This document shows positions 46,068-56,873 of a stretch of DNA of 64,000 bases, piece by piece. Each line of letters opens with the position of its first letter. Position 1 is the stretch's first letter. Source of the stretch: Peptococcaceae bacterium BICA1-8 (lineage in GTDB: Bacteria > Bacillota > Peptococcia > Peptococcales > BICA1-8). The stretch is from positions 3,823-67,822 of the forward strand of contig JUEF01000018.1 of NCBI GenBank assembly GCA_000802045.1. Direction: 5' to 3'. A program made the translations under genes and the position numbers. The notes under the pieces were generated by a model. The model did no database searches and was not told the origin of the DNA. It saw only the letters and a program-made list of their open reading frames with translations.

Positions 46068-46826
46068 GTGATTAAGGTGATTAAGATCGAGGGTAAAAAA
46101 GTGATAGTTACAGGGGGAGTTACAGAACCCGGTAGAACTATTTGTGAAGTACTGGGACAGGCAGGAGCTTTGCTGGCTATGGTAGATAATGATGAGCTAA
46201 AAGGAAAAGAAATATGTCATGGACTTAGTGCAAAGGGTATTAATTGTAGATTTCTAAAAGCTGACATTACCAAAGCTAAGGAAGTGCAGGCGATGGTGAA
46301 TACTGTCCTAGAAGATTGGGAACAGGTAGATATTCTGGTTAATAGTGCAGGTGAAGTTTCAGAAGGTTTTATCACCGAGATAACTGATCAAGAATGGGAT
46401 GATATGATTAACATCCATCTTAAAGGAACTTTCCTTACTTGTCGGACTGTTTTGCCTCATATGATTAAACAGGCACGGGGCAAGATTGTTAACATTGCCT
46501 CTGTGGAAGCTAAGCAGGGTTTTCCCTTGGCTGGAGTACATTATAGCGCTGCAAAAGGTGGTATTATGGCATTGACGAGACAATTGGCTCTTCAAGTTTC
46601 TCCTTTAGGTATTCATGTCAACTGTGTAGCTCCTGGACCGACAGAGGACGAAGCTCGCTTATTGTCAAAGACCGAAAGCCAAGAGGAATTACTGGCTAAG
46701 ATTCCCTTAGGCAGGTTTGCTAGACCTGAAGATATTGCTTATGCTGTTTTGTTTTTAGCCTCGCCTATGGCTGAATTTTTAACCGGGGAGACTATTGATA
46801 TTAACGGCGGCAAATATTTTACTTAA
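46068..46826 (+). CDS. SDR family oxidoreductase (FabG-like) #1
   Basis: DILVNSAG, YSAAKGG, VNCVAPG; atypical Rossmann motif TGGVTEPG. Confidence 0.88.
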   Translation: MIKVIKIEGKKVIVTGGVTEPGRTICEVLGQAGALLAMVDNDELKGKEICHGLSAKGINCRFLKADITKAKEVQAMVNTVLEDWEQVDILVNSAGEVSEGFITEITDQEWDDMINIHLKGTFLTCRTVLPHMIKQARGKIVNIASVEAKQGFPLAGVHYSAAKGGIMALTRQLALQVSPLGIHVNCVAPGPTEDEARLLSKTESQEELLAKIPLGRFARPEDIAYAVLFLASPMAEFLTGETIDINGGKYFT

Positions 46827-46841
46827 AGGGGGGAGATTAAT

Positions 46842-47612
46842 ATGGAACAGTTAATAATAGAAAAATTTTTGGAAGGTAAAACTGCATTAATTACTGGCGC
46901 ATCAAGGGGCCTCGGACGTGAATATGCAAATATCTTTTCTCAGGCAGGGGCAGATATAATTATAAACTACCAAAGTAAAGAAGAAGAGGCAGTGAAAACA
47001 AAAGAAATAGTGGAAGCAAACGGGTGTAAGGCGCTTATTTTTAAGGCGGATGTTTCTGATGGTAACCAGGTAAAGGCAATGGTCGAAGCTGCTTTGGCCC
47101 ATTTCGGTAAAATCGATATACTTATTAATAATGCTGGGTACAGCCAGCCAAAATTCTTTTTAAACATTACTGAAGATGAGTGGGATAGAATGATTAGTGT
47201 ACACCTAAAGGGTGCTTACAACTGCTGTCAAAATATTATCCCCCATATGGTTGAACATCGACAGGGTAAAATTATTAATATGTCCTCATTGATTGGAAAA
47301 AGCGGGGGAGCCTGGTCGGGAACTCACTATGGTACTGTAAAGGCTGGATTAATCGGGATGACCAAATCTTTAGCCGGTCAGTTAGCCCAATATAATATCA
47401 ATGTAAACTGTGTTGCGCCGGCTTTTATTATTACTGAAATATCAAGCTGGAGAACACCTGAACAACTGAAGGTTCACACTGAAATGACTGCTTTGAAAAG
47501 AACCGGTAATACTTTAGAAGCAGCTTATGCTACCCTATATTTAGCATCACCTTATGCTGACTATATAACAGGCTTTACCATGGATATTGGCGGCGGCGTC
47601 TATATGGATTAA
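46842..47612 (+). CDS. SDR family oxidoreductase (FabG-like) #2
   Basis: TGASRGLG, DILINNAG, YGTVKAG, NVNCVAP. Confidence 0.9.
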   Translation: MEQLIIEKFLEGKTALITGASRGLGREYANIFSQAGADIIINYQSKEEEAVKTKEIVEANGCKALIFKADVSDGNQVKAMVEAALAHFGKIDILINNAGYSQPKFFLNITEDEWDRMISVHLKGAYNCCQNIIPHMVEHRQGKIINMSSLIGKSGGAWSGTHYGTVKAGLIGMTKSLAGQLAQYNINVNCVAPAFIITEISSWRTPEQLKVHTEMTALKRTGNTLEAAYATLYLASPYADYITGFTMDIGGGVYMD

Positions 47613-47667
47613 GACCTAAAAAAGAGGGGTTACATGCGTAACCTCTCTTTTAATTGGTAATTATTAT

Positions 47668-47790
47668 TTATTTGTCGTCAGTGTTTTGAGTTTCTCTATT
47701 TCTTAACTCTTCTTCTTTTCTTTGCCGTTCTTCACTAGAAAGCATAAGATATTCAGGAGAGTTAATAAAATTACTTAGAGTATCATTCAT
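47668..47790 (-). CDS. Small charged hypothetical protein (40 aa)
   Basis: MNDTLSNFINSPEYLMLSSEERQRKEEELRNRETQNTDDK*, RBS GGAGGAG. Confidence 0.5.
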   Translation of the reverse strand: MNDTLSNFINSPEYLMLSSEERQRKEEELRNRETQNTDDK

Positions 47791-48042
47791 AATTCTCATC
47801 TCCTCCGTTTTTAATAGTATTTGCTTCTATTATACAACAATTGCAGTTAAATATCATCTGTCCTAGTAATGTATACAGTATACCTCTATTGTACTCTTTT
47901 TATTTATGTTGAAAGTATTCCGGATGACTATAAATTAAGGGATAATTGTCATTAATTGAAACCTTTTCGCTTCTAAAGCGTCAATATTTAAAAGGGCAAT
48001 TCGAATATTATAAATGCACTTAGGGAAAGGCGGGAAAAATTT

Positions 48043-50157
48043 ATGGAAATAAGATTGAATCGTTTAAGCTGGATGGTAGGTGCCATAATTTTTGCGATAC
48101 TAATTTTTATTTTGGCACTTCCTACTCAAAGTATGGCAGCGGAAAATATTAAACTAATTATTGACCAAGAGCAGGTTGAAATAACACCAGCTCCAATAAT
48201 TGAAAACGGTCGTACACTTGTCCCCATTCGTTTAATTTCGGAGAAACTAGGGGCTTTAGTTAACTGGGAACAAGAAAGTAGGACTATACATATTCAAAAG
48301 GGAGAACGTTCAGTACTATTAAGGTTAGATAACCGTCTGATTGACTTCCGGGGGGTTACACCCATTTATAGCTTGGCTGATGTTGCACCAAAGCTTATCG
48401 GTGACCGTACCTTTGTACCATTAAGGCTTGTTAGTAATGCTTTAGGGGTTTCCATTGATTGGGATGGAAATAGTAGAACTATTAAGGTTAATTCTAAAGA
48501 AGCTGTGGATTTTTCGCCATTCTTTGATATAACTTTACCATCAGTACAGCCAGGTCAGAATATAACTGGTTTAGTTAATCTACAGCTTCATTCTGTAAGC
48601 GGTTTGCCCTCTAATACAGCACAAGTGAGTTTTCAATTATTAGATCCAAATACGGGACAAGGACCCGTTATTGCAAGGGGTGTTAATGCAAACGGTGTTT
48701 ATTCTTGGCTGCCTGACCCCACTTATAGCGGATTTCGGCTCTTAGCTGCAGGGCTTTATGACCAAGAGGGCCGTTTTCTGGCAGGGAATGTAACTCCTGT
48801 CCAAATAACAGTAAACCCTCAAGTGACATTAACGGGAATAGCTGAAGCTCAACAGGTCAGTGGAACAGTTTCTATTGGTGTTAATACAAATTTTTTGGCT
48901 GAGTATGTCAAGTATGAAATAACCCATCTTGATACGGGAAAAGTAATAGTCACAGAAGAGATGGACCCTCAGGGAACATATTCTTGGACTCCTCAGTTAG
49001 CTGACAATGGTAATACTGCGTTTAGAGCATTGGCCTATGACCGCCTTGGGCAGGTTTATACTAGCTCTCAGATAAATATAAAGTCATTGGTAGAGCGCAA
49101 ATTAGAGCTTAGAGGCATAGCTGCCGGCACGACGGTTGAAAAGCCGGTTACCCTTTGGCTTTCACGAAATTTCCCCGTTACAAAGGTTGAATATTTAATG
49201 AAAAACGTTAACACAGGTGAAGAAAGAATGCTAGCTCAGTTTAATAGTTATTCAAGCTATGGGTGGTTTCCCGGACCTGAACAAGCAGGGACATGGGAGG
49301 TAATGTCCAAGGTTTATGATACTGTAGGTAATAGTTACACCAGTAATCCTATAGTTATTCAAATTACAGGAGCTCCCAAACTGCTCCTTGAAGCAGTTGC
49401 TCCTAATCAGGTTCTGACAGAGACTTTGAAACTAAAATCTAAGGCTAACGTACCTCTTAGCTCTATCGAATATCGAATGCTTACTACCGATAATAAGTTT
49501 AAAAGTAGACTAGCAGGGGGAAGTGATGGAGGTGCGGAATATACTTGGACACCAGAAAAGAAGGATGTCGGATACGGTAAGATTCAAGCTGTAGGTCTTA
49601 CTATGTCTGGTGAGCAGATAATAAGTGATGCAGTACCAGTTAAGGTATATTTGGGTACTATTCATAAATCTACACCCATTATTGAAAAAGATAAGTTTCT
49701 AGATTTAGCTTCTAACCTGGCTGTTGACTCTCAAGGAACTACAGGGATGTCTGCTGCCCTCCAGACTGCTCAGGCAATACTTGAGACAGGCTGGGGTCAG
49801 CAAACACCGGTAGATAAATATACAGGGCAGCTTTCCTACAATCTTTTTGGTATTAAAGGAAAGGGACCTGCGGGTTCCGTAACTTCTAATACCTGGGAAG
49901 AATATAATGGCATTGCATTTCGGGTAGATGCTCAGTTTCGGGCTTATCAAAAACCGGAAGAAAGCTGGCTGGATCATAAGAGACTTCTGCTAACATCCAG
50001 CAGATATGAGCCATATCGCGCCGTCATGCATAATAGTACCCAGGGGGCCTGGGCATTAAAACGGACTGGTTATGCCACTGATTCTAAATATCCGCTGAAA
50101 CTAATAGATATAATTAAACGGTACAACCTTCACCAGCTAGATGAAAAAGGTATTTAG
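48043..50157 (+). CDS. Cell-surface peptidoglycan hydrolase: copper-amine-oxidase-N (stalk) domain + Ig-like repeats + GH73 glucosaminidase
   Basis: Signal peptide; PIIENGRTLVPIRLISEKLGA; C-terminal AQAILETGWG, YNLFGIKG, GYATDSKY. Confidence 0.88.
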   Translation: MEIRLNRLSWMVGAIIFAILIFILALPTQSMAAENIKLIIDQEQVEITPAPIIENGRTLVPIRLISEKLGALVNWEQESRTIHIQKGERSVLLRLDNRLIDFRGVTPIYSLADVAPKLIGDRTFVPLRLVSNALGVSIDWDGNSRTIKVNSKEAVDFSPFFDITLPSVQPGQNITGLVNLQLHSVSGLPSNTAQVSFQLLDPNTGQGPVIARGVNANGVYSWLPDPTYSGFRLLAAGLYDQEGRFLAGNVTPVQITVNPQVTLTGIAEAQQVSGTVSIGVNTNFLAEYVKYEITHLDTGKVIVTEEMDPQGTYSWTPQLADNGNTAFRALAYDRLGQVYTSSQINIKSLVERKLELRGIAAGTTVEKPVTLWLSRNFPVTKVEYLMKNVNTGEERMLAQFNSYSSYGWFPGPEQAGTWEVMSKVYDTVGNSYTSNPIVIQITGAPKLLLEAVAPNQVLTETLKLKSKANVPLSSIEYRMLTTDNKFKSRLAGGSDGGAEYTWTPEKKDVGYGKIQAVGLTMSGEQIISDAVPVKVYLGTIHKSTPIIEKDKFLDLASNLAVDSQGTTGMSAALQTAQAILETGWGQQTPVDKYTGQLSYNLFGIKGKGPAGSVTSNTWEEYNGIAFRVDAQFRAYQKPEESWLDHKRLLLTSSRYEPYRAVMHNSTQGAWALKRTGYATDSKYPLKLIDIIKRYNLHQLDEKGI

Positions 50158-50348
50158 ATCTTAGTAGAAAATTCTTAATCTTAGTTATATTAAAGGCTCT
50201 ATCTCTTTCATATGGGATAGAGCCTTAAAGCATATATGCTTTAAGAAGTAGAAAATTATGAAAAAAACTCTTTATTTAAATATCTTTAAAGCTTACACTA
50301 GATTTATCATTTATTTTAGGGGACTTTTAGAGATATGGAGGGGACAAT

Positions 50349-51554
50349 TTGTTAATAGCTGGTCTAGTAGTCTCATTTTCATTAATTATTATTTTGGCTA
50401 ATCGAAAAATACCCATTGGTATTGCTGTAGTAAGTGGAGGAATAGTTTTATCCTTATTTGCAGGATTAAACCCCTTGGAGATTTTAAGAGTTATAGGTTC
50501 AGCATTGGTTGAGAAAAAAACTGTTGAATATATTATGGCTGTTATTATGATTGCTGCCTTAAGCAGTATGATGCAACAAGGTGGAATGATGGATAAAATG
50601 GTAGAGTACCTGAGCAAGGTTTTTAAAAATACGAAAACTCTTATTTTTGTTATCCCATCCATTATATCTGCATTTAATGCCACAGGCAGTGCTATTGTTG
50701 CTGCACCAATGCTTGATGGCTTGGGAGATAAAATCGGGATGAGTAATGCCAGAAAGTCGGCTATAAACTTATATGTAAGGCATACCTGGTATTTTGTTTT
50801 ACCTATTTCCATTCACCTTATAAATGCTTCTTTTGTTTCCGAAATTCCCATTTCTAAATTAATACTTGTAAATATTCCAATTACATTGGTCTGTTTTATC
50901 GCAGCATATCTGGTTTACCTGAGACCCTTAAAGGATGTTCCGAGGGCAGAAAATAAAGAGGGGGAAAATAAAGGCGCTATCACCAAAGCACTTCTTTATA
51001 CTTCACCAATCCTAGTTTGTTTGGTCTTAATCTTTTGGATTCCTTTTTATGCAGCCTTATTTGTGGGATGTGTGTTGAGTTATTTATTGCGGGTAACGGA
51101 TTTCGAAATAATTAAGACTGCGGTTACTTATAAAACTCTGCCTATGGTTTATGCCGCAGCCGGAGTTATGATTTTTAAAAGTATTTTGGGAAATATTCCT
51201 GAATTAAATATCCTTGTACAAAAGATTATTGGTCTAGGGATACCCCTAGAACTGCTTGCTGTAAGTATTACGTTAGTAATAGCTTATATTGCTGCTAATG
51301 TATCCTTGGTGGTCAGCTTGCTCTACCCGATAGTGTTACCATTAGCACCTGTTGAAAATACTGTTGCTTTAGCAATGCTTATTTTTATTACTGCTTACGG
51401 AGCATATTTGATTTCTCCAATCCACATGTGCCAGGCCTTAACTGTTGAATATTTTCGTGTGCCTTTAAGAGAGCTCTATAAAGAATATAAAATTACTTTA
51501 CCGGTAATGTTTATCTCGTCTTGGGTTATGTACATAATTTTGATTAATATTTAG
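50349..51554 (+). CDS. DUF401-family membrane protein
   Basis: Multi-TM; NLYVRHTWYF, YLISPIHMC...EYF; TTG start. Confidence 0.75.
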   Translation: MLIAGLVVSFSLIIILANRKIPIGIAVVSGGIVLSLFAGLNPLEILRVIGSALVEKKTVEYIMAVIMIAALSSMMQQGGMMDKMVEYLSKVFKNTKTLIFVIPSIISAFNATGSAIVAAPMLDGLGDKIGMSNARKSAINLYVRHTWYFVLPISIHLINASFVSEIPISKLILVNIPITLVCFIAAYLVYLRPLKDVPRAENKEGENKGAITKALLYTSPILVCLVLIFWIPFYAALFVGCVLSYLLRVTDFEIIKTAVTYKTLPMVYAAAGVMIFKSILGNIPELNILVQKIIGLGIPLELLAVSITLVIAYIAANVSLVVSLLYPIVLPLAPVENTVALAMLIFITAYGAYLISPIHMCQALTVEYFRVPLRELYKEYKITLPVMFISSWVMYIILINI

Positions 51555-51600
51555 AAAATGAAAATGACCGGATCAGATTAAATATGATCCGGTCATTTTT

Positions 51601-53202
51601 TTATTCCACTTCATCTGGGGATATATATAAGTGAAGCCCCTGCATATTTTTTTCTACCCACCTTTGGGCAAAATCACTTTCAAAAAGTACCACCAAACGA
51701 TCCTCCTGGTCTTTCACACACAGGGTAGTTTTGCTGTTGATACGATTTAAATCAAGGTCGCCTTCAACCTTAATCCATCTTGCAAATTGATAGTGCAGCC
51801 GGTCTAGTAAGATATTGACTCCGTATTCGGCTTTGAGTCTATGCTCGAAAACCTCAAACTGTAGTTCACCAACTACACCGAGAATAATATCATCAGTGCG
51901 GTTTAAAAAGGTATGGTAGACTTGAATAGTTCCTTCCTCTACCAATTGATTAATACCTTTTTGAAATTGTTTATATTTCATAGGATCCCGGTTTGTTACC
52001 CGGGCAAAATGCTCTGGCGGAAATTGGGGGATTTTTTCAAATTCAAAGGAATCTTCTAAACATAGAGTATCTCCAATACGGAAAATCCCCGGGTCAAAAA
52101 TGCCAATAATATCTCCGGGGTATGCTTCATCAATAATATTTCGATCCTGGGCTAGAAATTGTTGTGGCTGAGCCAGCTTAATTTCTTTACCTGTCCGCAC
52201 ATGATTGACGGTCATACCTCGTTCAAATTTCCCGGAGCAAATTCTTAGAAAAGCAAAACGGTCTCGATGGGTAGGGTTCATATTGGCTTGTATTTTAAAA
52301 ATAAATCCGGAAAAAGGTTTTTCGGTCGTTTCTATTAGACCGATATTACTTTTTTGTGCTCTAGGAGATGGAGCCATTTCCAAAAAACTATCTAAAAATG
52401 TTTGAACACCAAAATTAGAGATAGCACTTCCGAAAAATACAGGTGTTAATGTTCCTTGTTGGATTTTTCCCTGATCAAATGGGTCTCCGGCGATTTCTAA
52501 CAAACTAATATCCTCAAAAAGTTTAGTATATTGGGTTTGGCTAAGTGATGCAGCAATTGTAGGGTCTTCAATCCCCCTAGAATCAGCAAAAATTAATTCC
52601 TGTTTTTCTTTGTCCTGATAAAGCTCTAGGGTGTCATTCTGTCTATTATAGATACCTGAAAAATCGCTACCCATACCGATTGGCCAATTCATTGGGCAGG
52701 AACGGATACCTAGTACATTCTCTAATTCCTCCAAAAGTTCAAGAGGATCTTTTCCATGGCGGTCCATTTTATTTATAAAGGTGAAGATGGGAATACCCCG
52801 CATCCGGCAGACCTTAAAAAGCTTTATTGTTTGTACCTCTACCCCTTTAGCAGCGTCTATTAACATGACAGCACTATCAGCAGCTGCTAAGGTGCGGTAA
52901 GTATCTTCACTAAAATCCTGGTGACCAGGGGTATCAAGGATATTGATATGGAACCCCTTATAGGAAAATTGTAGAGCACTAGATGTTACAGATATACCTC
53001 TTTGCTTTTCAATTTCCATCCAATCAGAGGTAGCAAACTTCTTTGATTTTCTTCCTTTGACTGTACCAGCTAACCTTATAGCCCCACCAAAGAGGAGTAG
53101 TTTTTCTGTTAATGTTGTTTTCCCAGCGTCTGGGTGAGATATAATAGCAAAAGTTTTTCTTTTGGCAACTTCATTTTTTAATGTTTGGTTCATTTTCTCC
53201 AT
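51601..53202 (-). CDS. prfC: Peptide chain release factor 3
   Basis: AIISHPDAGKTTLTEK, SDWMEIEKQRGISV, LDTPGHQDFSEDTYR, NKMD. Confidence 0.97.
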   Translation of the reverse strand: MEKMNQTLKNEVAKRKTFAIISHPDAGKTTLTEKLLLFGGAIRLAGTVKGRKSKKFATSDWMEIEKQRGISVTSSALQFSYKGFHINILDTPGHQDFSEDTYRTLAAADSAVMLIDAAKGVEVQTIKLFKVCRMRGIPIFTFINKMDRHGKDPLELLEELENVLGIRSCPMNWPIGMGSDFSGIYNRQNDTLELYQDKEKQELIFADSRGIEDPTIAASLSQTQYTKLFEDISLLEIAGDPFDQGKIQQGTLTPVFFGSAISNFGVQTFLDSFLEMAPSPRAQKSNIGLIETTEKPFSGFIFKIQANMNPTHRDRFAFLRICSGKFERGMTVNHVRTGKEIKLAQPQQFLAQDRNIIDEAYPGDIIGIFDPGIFRIGDTLCLEDSFEFEKIPQFPPEHFARVTNRDPMKYKQFQKGINQLVEEGTIQVYHTFLNRTDDIILGVVGELQFEVFEHRLKAEYGVNILLDRLHYQFARWIKVEGDLDLNRINSKTTLCVKDQEDRLVVLFESDFAQRWVEKNMQGLHLYISPDEVE

Positions 53203-53383
53203 ATTTAACCCTCTCTATTTAGCATATCAATTAATATATCATAAAAATAAGTATGAGGGAAAGGGATAATGGTATTTTAAATGTTTTTAAACATATAAAA
53301 AGAGCATAATTGTGGGAATACTTTTCTGATTTATTGGCTTATAATTATATTAAATTCTGGATCCAATAAGGAGTAAGGAAAAT

Positions 53384-54511
53384 ATGAAGAATATTTGGAA
53401 AGTTCTCCGAGGTAAAAAGGATAATAAGCTTTTTGATGCCATCCAAATAGAAGTTAGCGCTGCTTGTAACCTAAAATGCAAATTCTGCCCAACGACCTAT
53501 TTGAACAGTAAAGATGAGTGGAAATTTCTGACCTTACCTACTTTTAAAAAGCTAGAGCCGTATTTTAAATTAACCCGGTGGGTTTATTTGCAGGGGTGGG
53601 GTGAACCCCTTATCAACAAAGATATATGGGATATGGTCAGTATTGTTAAAGAGGCAGGAAGTCAGGTTGGGTTTACAACAAATGGCACTTTGCTAAAAGA
53701 AGAGGTTATCGATAGGTTAGTACTCTTTAACGTGGATTTAGTTTCAACTTCAATTGCGGGGGCTAGTGCAGAAACCCATGAAAAGTTAAGGGTGAATTCG
53801 AGTTTTTTAGATATTATCGAAAGTGTAGAGCGCTTAGTTAAGGCCAAAGAGCGGTCTCAAAAAAGACTTCCATTTATAACCCTATCTTATATGCTTACAA
53901 AAGAAAGTGTCCATGAACTTTTAAAAGCATTAGAATTGGCATATTCTTTAGGAGTGGATGATTTTTATACAACTAATTTAGACTATGTTTTTAGTCAGGA
54001 TGTTAATAACAGCAAGATATTTACCTGGGAAAATGAAGCTACATATGAATATGAGCAGATTATCAATAAGGCTGAGGAATATGCTTTAGTAAGGGATTTC
54101 CCCTTTAGGTCGTACCCCTTAAAGCCAGCAGAGGAAAAGGTAGTCTGTGATTTGAATCCAGCCAAAATGGTATTCATTAGCTCTAGTGGAGATGTTGCAC
54201 CTTGTACCTATTTAGGTAGGTTTATTAACCCCAGATATTATAAAAAACAAATACAAAATATACCCCGTAAAACCTTTGGTAATATTCATTGCGAGGATTT
54301 TTTGGATATCTGGAATAAGGAATCCTATCAAGATTTCAGACGACCCTTTATTATAAGAGCCCAATTCTACCAAAAGTTAATATCGTCTTACACAGATTAT
54401 GAACCAAACTTGACCAGAATTAAAAATGCTGAAAAACAGTATTCTGAGACTCTCATACAAAATCCTTTACCCGAGGAATGCAAAACTTGCCCAAAAAGAT
54501 TTGGCATTTAG
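53384..54511 (+). CDS. Radical SAM/SPASM-domain protein
   Basis: CNLKCKFC, GWGEPL, TTNGTLL; C-terminal C...GDVAPC...CKTC twitch/SPASM-like region. Confidence 0.85.
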   Translation: MKNIWKVLRGKKDNKLFDAIQIEVSAACNLKCKFCPTTYLNSKDEWKFLTLPTFKKLEPYFKLTRWVYLQGWGEPLINKDIWDMVSIVKEAGSQVGFTTNGTLLKEEVIDRLVLFNVDLVSTSIAGASAETHEKLRVNSSFLDIIESVERLVKAKERSQKRLPFITLSYMLTKESVHELLKALELAYSLGVDDFYTTNLDYVFSQDVNNSKIFTWENEATYEYEQIINKAEEYALVRDFPFRSYPLKPAEEKVVCDLNPAKMVFISSSGDVAPCTYLGRFINPRYYKKQIQNIPRKTFGNIHCEDFLDIWNKESYQDFRRPFIIRAQFYQKLISSYTDYEPNLTRIKNAEKQYSETLIQNPLPEECKTCPKRFGI

Positions 54512-55876
54512 CTAAATGGGGATAAAGGGAAGGATTAAAATATAGACAGCAGAAAGTATTAACGCATAGCGCCAGTTCCAGGCCATTCCAACATTAAAAG
54601 GTGTTTCACCGGTTACGGCTGCTGTTACTAAAACGGTTCCCGAGAAGGGTGAAATTAATATAGCTAATGTCCAGCCAGTTAATAAGGTTAAAGCATACTG
54701 GATAGGCATTAAGGGTAGGAGTGAAACAGGTAAAGTAACGGCAATAGTAGAACCGCTTATTACTGGATGGATACCGATTAACGAAGGAAAGACCATAACG
54801 GCAATTATTAAAATTATGTATATAAAGCTGTGTTCAATGCCCGAATTGGCTATGGCTTTGGGTAAAAATTCACCAACGCCTGCAAAAGATAAAGCCTGAC
54901 CAAAGAAACCTGCAACGGTAAATAGGACAATTTCATTTTTCATCTTGGGTAAGGAAAAGTTATAATAACTAAACAGAGCTTTAAAATAAATAGTTTGTTT
55001 TCTCCAAAGTAAAGCAACTACAAAGGGGAAAATTATCGCAACCAGAGGGACAATAACTAAAACACTTTCCCCTGTAAAGTATTCTAGGATAACAATTAGA
55101 AATAGAAGAAAGATACCTAATATTATTAGTTTACGGAGGACCTTTGTATTTTCTCTATCCATAGGGGCATAGCTTAAATCAGAAATTTTTTCATTGACTT
55201 TAGGTAAGGATGAAAACTTTTGTAGCACATATGCAACAAAGATACTAATACCTGCAAAAACAAATCCCCAAGGGGCAATACTAAACCAAGACAAATCAAG
55301 ATAATGCAGAATGACTGCAACGGAGATGAAATTAGGGGACCAAAACACACAGCACCCATAGCCGCGGGTAAGAGCGGTAATGAATAAGCTTCTGGGGTAC
55401 TTTTCTGCGGGTTTGTTTAAAAGCTGATAAACTATAGAAATACCTGCTACGTTTAAAAGCATACCCATAGAATAGGATAAAATGTTCGAAATTAAATAAA
55501 AGCTTTGGGGAACACTCAAATACTTTTGGGTACTGCTACTAATAGCCTGCTGAAAATCCTCAAAGGCAAGAGGAATTGCTAAGAGGGGGACAGTAATCAA
55601 AAGACATATTAATCCAGCATTTTTGGTAAAGGCACTTATCCACTGTGTTACATTACCGTTAAGATATATTAAAAGAACTAGACCACCTAAAAACAAAATC
55701 ATGGAAACATACTTGTTAATTTCTACCAGAAAGGGCATATTGATTAGTAAAAGAAAAATCACTAACAAGGCAATGCTAGTGTTGATAATTGCTGATTCCA
55801 TAAAAACGTTTGCAAAATAAAGTAAAATAAAAAGTAAAGTTAGTATGCTGCGCAGCCGATTTAGGTAGATTTCCAC
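54512..55876 (-). CDS. Multi-pass membrane protein, probable transporter (IT/citrate-transporter-like)
   Basis: About 12 TM helices; RGYGCCVFWSP, IGIHPV, ISPFSG. Confidence 0.7.
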   Translation of the reverse strand: MEIYLNRLRSILTLLFILLYFANVFMESAIINTSIALLVIFLLLINMPFLVEINKYVSMILFLGGLVLLIYLNGNVTQWISAFTKNAGLICLLITVPLLAIPLAFEDFQQAISSSTQKYLSVPQSFYLISNILSYSMGMLLNVAGISIVYQLLNKPAEKYPRSLFITALTRGYGCCVFWSPNFISVAVILHYLDLSWFSIAPWGFVFAGISIFVAYVLQKFSSLPKVNEKISDLSYAPMDRENTKVLRKLIILGIFLLFLIVILEYFTGESVLVIVPLVAIIFPFVVALLWRKQTIYFKALFSYYNFSLPKMKNEIVLFTVAGFFGQALSFAGVGEFLPKAIANSGIEHSFIYIILIIAVMVFPSLIGIHPVISGSTIAVTLPVSLLPLMPIQYALTLLTGWTLAILISPFSGTVLVTAAVTGETPFNVGMAWNWRYALILSAVYILILPFIPI

Positions 55877-56031
55877 AATGTTTCGCCTCTTTATTTCAAT
55901 ATCTAAGTAAAATAATACAATAAATACATGGTAAATGGGAAGAATTCGACATGAATTTCTTAATAATTGAAGGAATTTTTTAAAATACTAGAGAATTTAA
56001 TAAATTAATTATGGTTTTAGGAGATGATTGT

Positions 56032-56385
56032 ATGATTAAGAAGTCTGCGGATTTAAAGAGAGAAGTTGTTCAGAGTTTAAAGGGTGGAAATGGTGCAGTT
56101 GAGATGGTACATTTATTAGAAGCTGATAAAAATGAGTTTAATGGTAAAGGAAGACTTTTCGCTAGAAATACCTTAAAGCCTGGTGCATCAATAGGTTTCC
56201 ATCAGCATGAGGGTGATGCAGAAGCTTACTATATCTTAAGCGGTGAAGGTACAGTTAATGATAATGGTACTATAAAGGTAGTTCAAACAGGTGATGTGGT
56301 TTATACTTCCCATGGTGAGAGCCACTCTTTTGAGAATACTGGAACAACTGATTTAGAGTTTATGGCTTTAATTTTATTTAATTAA
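56032..56385 (+). CDS. Cupin domain protein
   Basis: LKPGASIGFHQHEGDAEAYYILSGEG...SHGESHSFEN. Confidence 0.88.
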   Translation: MIKKSADLKREVVQSLKGGNGAVEMVHLLEADKNEFNGKGRLFARNTLKPGASIGFHQHEGDAEAYYILSGEGTVNDNGTIKVVQTGDVVYTSHGESHSFENTGTTDLEFMALILFN

Positions 56386-56549
56386 AAATGATAAAGATAG
56401 TGATCCTAAAATAGTGGAAAAGTGCAAGAGTGAAATAGTAAAAAGGTGAAAATATGAAATGCCTTTCCCTAATAATTATTAGGGAAAGGCATTTCTTTAA
56501 TAAGATACATAAGGATTGTCCACCTATATATTAATATTTAGGTTTAGTT

Positions 56550-56579
56550 TTTTCTGTAGCACTGTAACACTGTAGAACT
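56550..56579. repeat. Dispersed octamer tandem repeat (CTGTAGCA)n, copy 2
   Basis: TTTTCTGTAGCACTGTAACACTGTAGAACT; one mismatch to 13734-13763. Confidence 0.7.
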
Positions 56580-56595
56580 ATAGCCACAAATGGCA

Positions 56596-56769
56596 TTAGC
56601 CATTTTTTGAAAAGATTCTTTTTAATTCACAGCGTATATCATTTAGTCGAACGAAATTATAAGGGTCTGTTGCTTTTATCAGCCCTGCCTTTTCATCTAT
56701 ATAGTTCAATATAAGCTGTTCAATGTCTTGGGGATTTATGAAATGAATAATGTTTTTCTTATTGCCCAT
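56596..56769 (-). CDS. Small hypothetical protein (57 aa)
   Basis: ATG at 56769 after AAGGAGAG: MGNKKNIIHFINPQDIEQLILNYIDEKAG... Confidence 0.55.
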   Translation of the reverse strand: MGNKKNIIHFINPQDIEQLILNYIDEKAGLIKATDPYNFVRLNDIRCELKRIFSKNG

Positions 56770-56873
56770 ATTAGTCTCTCCTTGTTTTGTCCACATCTCT
56801 TTATTAATGAAACTATTCATAAATAGGCTGAAATATTACTGAAGGAATATAAAAAACTTGCTGACCATAGACT

